From NCBI GenBank assembly GCA_950097015.1, contig CATNEN010000037.1, positions 3,472,001 through 3,536,000 of the forward strand: a stretch of DNA of 64,000 nucleotides, written 5' to 3'. Below the pieces are notes generated by a model. That model saw only the letters and a program-made list of their open reading frames with translations. It did no database searches and was not told the DNA's origin. Position 1 is the stretch's first letter; every line of letters starts with the position of its first letter. Both the position numbers and the translations under genes were made by a program. Positions 40,125 to 49,300 of the stretch are shown here, one piece after another. Source of the DNA: Macrostomum hystrix. Taxonomy: Eukaryota; Animalia; Platyhelminthes.

Positions 40125-41708
40125 ATTGCTAATCTATCCCATGGATGAAGGAATAGAATGGATTTCTAATCTATCCCATGGATGAAGGAATAGAATGGAT
40201 TGCTAATCTATCCCATGGATGAAGGAATAGAGTGGATTGCTAATCTATCCCATGGATGAAGGAATAGAGTGGATTGCTAATCTATCCCATGGATGAAGGA
40301 ATAGAATGGATTTCTAATCTATCCCATGGATGAAGGAATAGAATGGATTGCTAATCTATCCCATGGATGAAGGAATAGAGTGGATTGCTAATCTATCCCA
40401 TGGATGAAGGAATAGAGTGGATTGCTAATCTATCCCATGGATGAAGGAATAGAATGGATTTCTAATCTATCCCATGGATGAAGGAATAGAATGGATTGCT
40501 AATCTATCCATGGATGAAGGAATAGAGTGGATTGCTAATCTATCCCATGGATGAAGGAATAGAGTGGATTGCTAATCTATCCCATGGATAAAGGAATAGA
40601 GTGGATTGCTAATCTATCCCATGGATAAAGGAATAGAGTGGATTGCTAATCTATCCCATGGATAAAAGAAATAGAGTGGATTGCTAATCTATCCCATGGA
40701 TAAAGGAATAGAGTGGATTGCTAATCTATCCCATGGATAAAGGAATAGAATGGATTGCTAATCTATCCCATGGATGAAGGAATAGAGTGGATTGCTAATC
40801 TATCCCATGGATAAAGGAATAGAATGGATTTCTAATCTATCCCATGGATGAAGGAATAGAATGGATTGCTAATCTATCCCATGGATGAAGGTATAGAGTG
40901 GATTGCTAATCTATCCCATGGATGAAGGAATAGAGTGGATTGCTAATCTATCCCATGGATAAAGGAATAGAATGGATTTCTAATCTATCCCATTGATGAA
41001 GGAATAGAATGGATTGCTAATCTATCCCATGGATGAAGGAATAGAGTGGATTGCTAATCTATCCCATGGATGAAGGAATAGAGTGGATTGCTAATCTATC
41101 CCATGGATAAAGGAATAGAGTGGATTGCTAATCTATCCCATGGATAAAGGAATAGAGTGGATTGCTAATCTATCCCATGGATAAAGGAATAGAGTGGATT
41201 GCTATTCTATCCCATGGATAAAGGAATAGAGTGGATTGCTAATCTATCCCATGGATAAAGGAATAGAGTGGATTGCTAATCTATCCCATGGATAAAGGAA
41301 TAGAATGGATTGCTAATCTATCCCATGGATAAAGGAATAGAGTGGATTGCTAATCTATCCCATGGATAAAGGAATAGAATGGATTTCTAATCTATCCCAT
41401 GGATGAAGGAAAAGAGTGGATTGCTAATCTATCCCATGGATGAAGGAATAGAGTGGATTGCTAATCTATCCCATGGATGAAGGAAAAGAGTGGATTGCTA
41501 ATCTATCCAATGGATGAAGGAAAATAGTGGATTGCTAATCTATCCAATGGATGAAGGAAAATAGTGGATTGCTAATCTATCCCCTGGATGAAGGAAAAGA
41601 GTGGATTGCTAATCTATCCCATGGATGAAGGAATAGAGTGGATTGCTAATCTATCCCATGGATGAAGGAAAAGAGTGGATTGCTAATCTATCCAATGGAT
41701 GAAGGAAT
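40125..41708. repeat. 37-bp minisatellite (GGATGAAGGAATAGAGTGGATTGCTAATCTATCCCAT)
   Basis: About 43 tandem units. Confidence 0.97.
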
Positions 41709-42120
41709 AAAGAAAATTGTTATAAGTTAAATAAGTCAAATTGACAGCAAGCCTTGAACTTACAAATTTAGCCAAAGATCGCCGTTTCGTGAAAGAAGCT
41801 GAACAATGTTCTCGTTAACAATTTGTCGCAGGTGAAGTGTGATAGTTGTCTATCTGGATAAAGCTTATTACTAGTTGTCTGGTCCCAACTTTCCCATTGG
41901 GTCAAGTCCAGGAGAGCAGACACTGAGTATTGAGTCAGTGCAGAATTCGGCAGCAATGGTCGTGTTTGTGTTGGCTAGCTGCAGTTGTTAGTGAAGTCTT
42001 AACCAGATGGTAGGCGCTTGTGCCTATCTCTCTCTGTCTCACTCAATCTCAGTACAGGATTGGAGTAGAGCCGCGGTAAGGCTTCTTGGCTAAGTTGATT
42101 GATTGTCTTCAAGGACTCAC

Positions 42121-42425
42121 GAAGAGCGCTGTCGAAAGCAACTTGGTGGCCAGACTTTGATAAATGGCTATTGAAGGTGTAGCTAGCGTCAACAGTCTCG
42201 TGGATGTCTCGCAATTGGAAGTTTGCTAATTTTTCTTTTCGATGCTGCTGTGACCCTGCTCCTGAAGCTAATGAAGCTGACTTAGATTCTCATAGACTCA
42301 CAGCGAAGCATTGGCTGTTTGATTCTTAGGCCTAGATTTCAGAAGGGAATAATCTCAAATAAGTTTGGGGTAGGATTGAAAATCGCATTAGCTAAGCGCT
42401 GATTGGCTGATGCTTCGACCAATAA
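42121..42425 (-). promoter_or_regulatory. Candidate Gene B promoter and non-coding first exon
   Basis: Two CCAAT boxes (42402-42406 on minus, 42419-42423 on plus) about 300 nt upstream of a strong donor c|GTGAGT (exon end 42121). Confidence 0.25.
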
Positions 42426-42584
42426 GAAACTAGCATGATCTAAGAGCTGAATATTTTAAGCGCAGAAGAGAAAAAGAAAATGCCTAAATACTGAGAGACT
42501 GGAGAAAGACAGAGAGGGAGAAAGGAGAAAACCCCACAGGTGTTGACACGATAAAAAGCAGAGAGACTGTTGAAGGAAAGAGTC

Positions 42585-43410
42585 GGAGAGGATGAGGGAG
42601 AGAGTAGGAGAGGATGGGGGAGACAGTGGGAGAGGATGAGGGAGAGAGTGGGAGAGGATGGGGTGGAAGAGTGGGAGAGGATGGGGAGAGAGTGGGAGAG
42701 GATGAGGAAGGCATTGGGAGAGGATGAGGGAGAAAGTGGGAGAGGATGAGGGAGAGAGTAGGAGAGGATGGTGTGGGAGAGTGGGAGAGGATGGGGAGAG
42801 AGTGGGAGAGGATAAGGGAGACATTGGGACAGGATGAGGAAGGCATTGGGAGAGGATGAGGGAGAAAGGGGCAGAGGATGGGGGAGAGAGTGGGAGAGGA
42901 TGAGGGAGAGAGTGGGAGATGATGAGGAAGGCATTGGGAGAGGATGAGGGAGAAAGTGGGAGAGGATGAGGGAGAGACTGGGAGAGGATGAGGGAGAGAG
43001 TGGGAGAGGATGGGGGAAGAGATTGGGAGAGGATAAGAGAGACATTGGGACAGGATGAGGAAGGCATTGGGAGAGGATGAGGGAGAAAGGCGCAATGGAT
43101 GGGGGGGAGAGTTGGAGAGGATGAGGGAGACATTGGTAGAGGATGAGGGAGAGAGTGGGAGAGGATGAGGGAGACATTGGTAGAGGATGAGGGAGAGAGT
43201 GGGAGAGGATGGGGGAGAGAGTGGGAGAGGATGAGGGAGAGAGTGGGAGAGGATGGGGGAAGAGATTGGGAGAGGATAAGAGAGACATTGGGACAGGATG
43301 AGGAAGGCATTGGGAGAGGATGAGGGAGAAAGGCGCAATGGATGGGGGGAGAGTTGGAGAGGATGAGGGAGAGAGTGGGAGAGGATGAGGGAGAGAGTGG
43401 GTGGGAGAGG
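42585..43410. repeat. ~22-bp purine minisatellite (GAGAGGATGAGGGAGAGAGTGG) with longer duplicated blocks
   Basis: Tandem units. Confidence 0.92.
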
Positions 43411-44129
43411 ATTAGGTGGGAGAGTGTGAGAGTAGTAGATGGTGAAGAGAGGGATCGATTTCAGAATGAGTGGTACACAGCCGGAACCAGAAGGTCGCGA
43501 ACTTTCACTCGGCGGGCAATGAAAGCAGACTTTACAATCAGATGCAAATCAAGCCAAGCTGCAAGAAGCTGATGTGGCTTTGGGGTTTTTTTCGCAAAAA
43601 AAGATTTTTTTCCCAATCTGTTTCTTTGATTTACGTGAGCCGCTGTGCACGGCTTCGAGTCTATCGAATAGTTCGCTGCTGTTTACATTAACAACAGGGG
43701 GGGGGGCTTTTCTAAATTGAGCGTCTAGTTCGTTAAGAGGATTGGAAAGACCGAGAGTTCAAGATTCAGCTGGCTACTTTTCAACTGTAAACTGTTCATT
43801 GGTATGGCATTGCAGCGAGCTGAATAAATAAATTATAAATTAGACCTTTAACAAAAAAGCTGCGGAATCAAATGCATTGTATTTTGTTTCTCGTAGTCGC
43901 CTAATTTACTTTTTTAGTCGCAAAATTGAGCGTGTAATCTTACGATCAAAGTGTACAAATTTGCCTTAATTTCTAAGCTTTTTCAACGCTACGAGCGCAA
44001 ACTTTGCTGTGACAACCAATTAAATTTTGTCTCAATTTAAAACAAGTCCTCTACTTCTCGAACCCAATTTTCCTGTGCTTTTTAAATTTCACACTTTCAT
44101 TATTCCCAAATCACCACTTTGCTACCCCA

Positions 44130-45130
44130 AATCTCCCCTGTTTCCAGGAATCTGTCCTTTGTTTCCAGGAATCTGCCCTTTGTTTCCAGGAATCTGCCCT
44201 GCTTCCGCTAATTTCCCTTCTACTTCCCGATTCAACCTTCGTTTTCTTGGAATCTAATCTGCCTTGTTTCCTTGTATTTAATCTCCCCCTCTGTTTCTCC
44301 GAATTTAATCTCCCCTCTGTTTCCTCGAATATAATCTCCACTCTGTTTCCTCGAATATAATCTCCACTCTGTTTCCTCGAATATAATCTGCCCTCTGTTT
44401 CCTCGAATATAATCTCCACTCTGTTTCCTCGAATATAATCTCCCCTCTTTTTCCTTGAATCTAATCTCCACTCTGTTTCCTAGAATCTCATCTCCCCTCT
44501 GTTTCCTCGAATATAATCTCCACTCTGTTTCCTCGAATATAATCTGCCCTCTGTTTCCTCGAATATAATCTGCCCTCTGTTTCCTCGAATATAATCTCCA
44601 CTCTGTTTCCACGAATATAATCTGCCCTCTGTTTCCTCGAATATAATCTCCCCTCTTTTTCCTTGAATCTAATCTCCACTCTGTTTCCTAGAATCTCATC
44701 TCCCCTCTGATTCCTCGAATATAATCTCCACTCTGATTCCTCTAATATAATCTCCACTCTGATTCCTCGAATATAATCTGCCCTCTGTTTCCTCGAATAT
44801 AATCTCCCCTCTTTTTCCTCGAATATAATCTGCCCTCTGTTTCCTCGAATATAATCTCCACTCTGTTTCCTCGAATATAATCTCCCCTCTTTTTCCTTGA
44901 ATTTTATCTCCACTCTGTTTCCTAGAATCTCATCTCCCCTCTGATTCCTCGAATATAATCTCCACTCTGATTCCTAGAATATAATCTCCACTCTGTTTCC
45001 TCGAATATAGTCTCCACTCTGTTTCCTCGAATATAATCTCCACTCTGTTTCCTCGAATATAATCTCCACTCCTGTTTCCTAGAATCTAATCTCCCCTCTG
45101 TTTCCTAGAATCTAATCGCCCCTCTAGTTC
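44130..45130. repeat. 26-bp minisatellite (CTCTGTTTCCTCGAATATAATCTCCA)
   Basis: About 30 tandem units, preceded by 3 copies of a 20-bp TTTCCAGGAATCTG unit. Confidence 0.95.
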
Positions 45131-45422
45131 CTCGATTCACTTAAATTCTTCCCGAGTTATCTTGATGACTAAAAAGTCCCCTACTTCATGTCTTCCTAGT
45201 CTCTTTTACTTTTTGTCATAACCACATTTGCGTGATGCTACTTACATGAATCTAATTTATAGTAGTATGTTGGATCAAGAAGTACAGAATTCTTATCTGC
45301 AGAAAATAAAACTCCACAAAATGAGGAACTCAAATGATTAAAATATTCTTTGGTTGCATATAATTCTCGCAATGTAATAAAACTGCATCATATTAACGAT
45401 AACAATTAAACAAAACAAGCCT

Positions 45423-45428
45423 TTTATT
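45423..45428 (-). promoter_or_regulatory. Candidate polyadenylation signal (AATAAA) for Gene A
   Basis: First TTTATT on + that I found downstream of the stop, about 820 nt after TGA. Confidence 0.3.
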
Positions 45429-45804
45429 TTTGCAATAAAAGTTCTAGGTCATTTCCAATGGAAGAGGTACACACACAAACATAAGGTAAGCGAGAAGAAG
45501 CAAGGGTTGCTAAACTAACCGTTACTTATTGCACACAATTATAGTAGCGTTACTAGTATAAAATATTATGAACAAGTGCCATTTCTTGTATAACGGAACA
45601 TTCTGTTTCCATAGTAACCAGACAGGCTACAATCGATTCGGCTAGGTAAACTCTGCAATATACTATGTACAGGCATTGGTAAGTGGAAATGCATTCTGGG
45701 GACTGCTTAGCATTGTACTCAATCAGTACGGAAATATTGGAAAACTTTGGGAAAAAAGTTAGTCAAGCTCGTACAGTAAATCATTGGTTAAAACTGTGAC
45801 TCAT

Positions 45805-46098
45805 AGGATGGGTCAGGCTGTGGGTCATGGGATAGCGATGGGTCAGGCTGTGGGTCATGGGATATCGATGGGTCAGGCTGTGAGTCATGGGATATCGATG
45901 GGTCAGGCTGTGGGTCATGGGATATCGATGGGTCAGGCTGTGGGTCATGGGATATCGATGGGTCAGGCTGTGGGTTATGGGATATCGATGGGTCAGGCTG
46001 TGGGTCATGGTATATCGATGGGTCAGGCTGTGGGTTATGGGATATCGATGGGTCAGGCTGTGGGTTATGGGATATCGATGGGTCAGGCCGTGAGTCAT
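45805..46098. repeat. 30-bp minisatellite (GGGTCAGGCTGTGGGTCATGGGATATCGAT), about 9-10 units
   Basis: Tandem units just downstream of the Gene A stop. Confidence 0.95.
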
Positions 46099-46247
46099 GA
46101 GATTACGTGGCATAGCGGGTCGGAGATTCGAAGGAGCTGGCAAAGTGGATAAAAGCCAACAGTAGCAATGTTGCAAGGGCCAATGTATAATGAGCTGGAT
46201 TATGCGGTCCAGTGGTCCAGGTACTTATACAGGGCTAGTTGTGTTGG

Positions 46248-46339
46248 TCAGACAACCACTTCATAGATGACCTTGCGCGGATTCTTCACGGTCGTAGGCG
46301 GTGAGCCGCTGTTGTCTGTCGCGTCGGATTCGTAGAATG
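46248..46339 (-). CDS. Gene A terminal exon: [30 protein letters not shown]
   Basis: gctgcag| acceptor, phase 1, TGA at 46250-46248; hydrophobic PDZ-type terminus. An alternative AG lies 23 nt upstream (see findings). Confidence 0.8.
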
Positions 46340-49300
46340 CTGCAGCGAGTGCGGAGTAATATCTGTACACATTTATTGCCGTAAGTTAGGGCATTTTTCA
46401 CAATCTGGAGACGATGAGTGAAACCATTGGGATAAAATGAGAGAGAAGTGAAGGGAGAGGGGAAGGGAGCAGGGAAGGGAGCAGGGAAGGGCGTAGGGAA
46501 GGGAGTAGGGAAGGGCGTAGGGAAGGGTGTAGGGAAGGGCGTAGGGAAGGGCGTAGGGAAGGGCGTAGCGAAGGGCGTAGGGAAGGGTGTATGGAAGGGC
46601 GTAGGGAAGGGCGTAGGGAAGGGTGTATGGAAGGGCGTAGGGAAGGGTGTATGGAAGATCGTAGGGAAGGGCGTAGGGAAGGGGGTAGGGAAGGGCGTAG
46701 GGAAGGGGTAGGGAAGGGCGTAGGGAAGGGGGTAGGGAAGGGAGCAGGGAAGGGCGTAGGGAAGGGGGTAGGGAAGGGGGTATGGAAGGGCGTAGGGAAG
46801 GGGGTAGGGAAGGGGGTAGGGAAGGGGGTAGGGAAGGGGTAGGGAAGGGCGTAGGGAAGGGAGTAGGGAAGGGCGTAGGGAAGGGCGTAGGGAAGGGGGT
46901 AGGGAAGGGCGTAGGGAAGGGGGTAGGGAAGGGGGTAGGGAAGGGGGTAGGGAAGTTTAACATGAAGGTAAAAGCTAAGGTGAAGTGCAGGGCAATAAAA
47001 CAAACGCAATTAAAAGAGGATTTCAAAGCGCTCACCATTGGGAAAGAGGTGCATTGTGCCGTCAAGCTGCGCAGATCCTTCAAAGCCGGCGTGAGGTGGC
47101 GGACTAGACAAGCCTAACCGATCATCGAAGCGAGTCTCTCCAGCAACCGAAGCCACGGACGTTGGCGATACAAAGGCCACCGCCGGGTGATGGTGAAGGC
47201 CGCCATTGTTCTCCGCTTCCGGGTCCTGCGCCTTGCGGCCCTGCCTGTAGGCGGTGGCCGATGCTGAGATCCTTTTTCTGGAAGGCGGAGCGATTTCGGT
47301 TGTTCGGGATTAAAATCCTGACCCTGACACAATGAAATTGACACTATGAAACAATGGCACAATGACACTATGACACTATGACAGACATCGCAGACAGATT
47401 CCCTGACAGATTCCCTGACAGACATCCCAGACAGATTCCCTGACAATTCCTGACAGACATCCCAAACAGATTCCCTGACAGACATTCCTGACACACATCC
47501 CTGACATCTGTAACACCCCGACTCACCCGGACTGCAGCTCGAAGCCCGGCTGCTGAACCTTGGCCGCAGCCTTGGCGCGCGCCTGATTGCATCGCCTGGT
47601 GCACAGCCAGATGAGCACAATGGCCAAAGCCACTATGACCACGCCGCATACGCAGGCCACAATGATGATGGTGTTGAGGGATACGGTGCCTGGAACAGCC
47701 ACTGAAATTAGATGGAGGTGGCAGCGGTGGACCGATGATTAGAAATTAGAAATTGTGTGCCAATCAACAAACTTACTTTCGTCTGAAAAAAACAACAATT
47801 GCTTCGAAGACACAAAAACGAAGTGTTTTTTCTTTAGCTAGAAGTTTCTCCTATTTGGTCTAGCACACACGCATGGCTATCAAAGCCTTTTACAATGGTT
47901 TCGTGGTAGTAAATAATGAACATTTATCAAGAGACAGAGAATAAACGAATAATACTGAGCCCTTGTGTGTGTGTTTGAGTTTGTGGACTTAGCCATGCGG
48001 CATAGATACATCTGATGATAGATGCCAGGAGTGTTTGAATAGGGCGAATAGGGTGAGAGGGTAGCATAGTGGGTATCTGTACGGAAGGTTCCCATGGAGA
48101 GATACACTACACACAGACCCACCGCGACACATTCCGCTGTGGCGTGTGAACGCGTATTACAGAAAAACAGACAGGGCTAGATAGGCATAGATTTATGTTC
48201 GAGCAGAACTATTATACAAAACTATACGAAATGCTGTTTAAAGACCAACGAGAAGGCTTTCGGCTACTTATAGTTCAGGTAAAAGGCGACAAACAAGGGC
48301 TAAAAAAACATTGCGAGAAAGAAAAGCATATAGTTGATGAGCAAATAGATTGTGAACCAACGGTAGCATGCGTTTTTAAACCTGTGTGTAAACCAGGTCA
48401 GTTAAGTTTAAGTGCACACTAGAATCAAAACTCGACATGTCCACTATCACTTACTCACTCACTCACTCACTCACTCACTCACTCTCTCACTCACTCACTC
48501 ACTCACTCACTCACTCACTCACTCACTCACTCACTCACTCACTCACTCACTTACTCACTCACACACTCACTCACTCACTCACTCACTCACTCACTCACTC
48601 ACTCACTCACTCACTCACTCACTCACTCACTCACTCACTCACTCACTCACTCACTCACTCACTCACTCACTCATACACTCACTCACTCACTCACTCACTC
48701 ACTCACTCACTCACTCACTCACTCACTCACTCACTCACTCACTCACTCACTCACTCACTCACTCACTCACTCACTCACTCACTCACTCATACACTCACTC
48801 ACTCAATCACTCACTCACTCACTCACTCACTCACTCACTCACACACTCACTCACTCACTCACTCATACACTCACTCATACACTCACTCACTCACTCACTC
48901 ACTCACTCACTCACTCACTCACTCATACACTCACTCACTCACTCACTCACTCACTCACTCACTCACTCACTCACTCACTCACTCACTCACTCACTCACTC
49001 ACTCACTCACTCACTCACTCACTCACTCACTCACTCACTCACTCACACACTCACTCACTCACTCACTCACTCACTCACTCACACACTCACTCACTCACAC
49101 ACTCACTCACTCACTCACTCACTCACACACTCACTCACTCACTCACTCACTCACTCACTCACTCACTCACTCACTCACTCACTCACTCACTCACTCACTC
49201 ACTCACTCACTCACTCACTCACTCACTCACAAAATTCAATCTAAAATACACGTACAAGCAAACTATGTTTCGCTTGCACTTTTTACATCAGCCCACAAGG

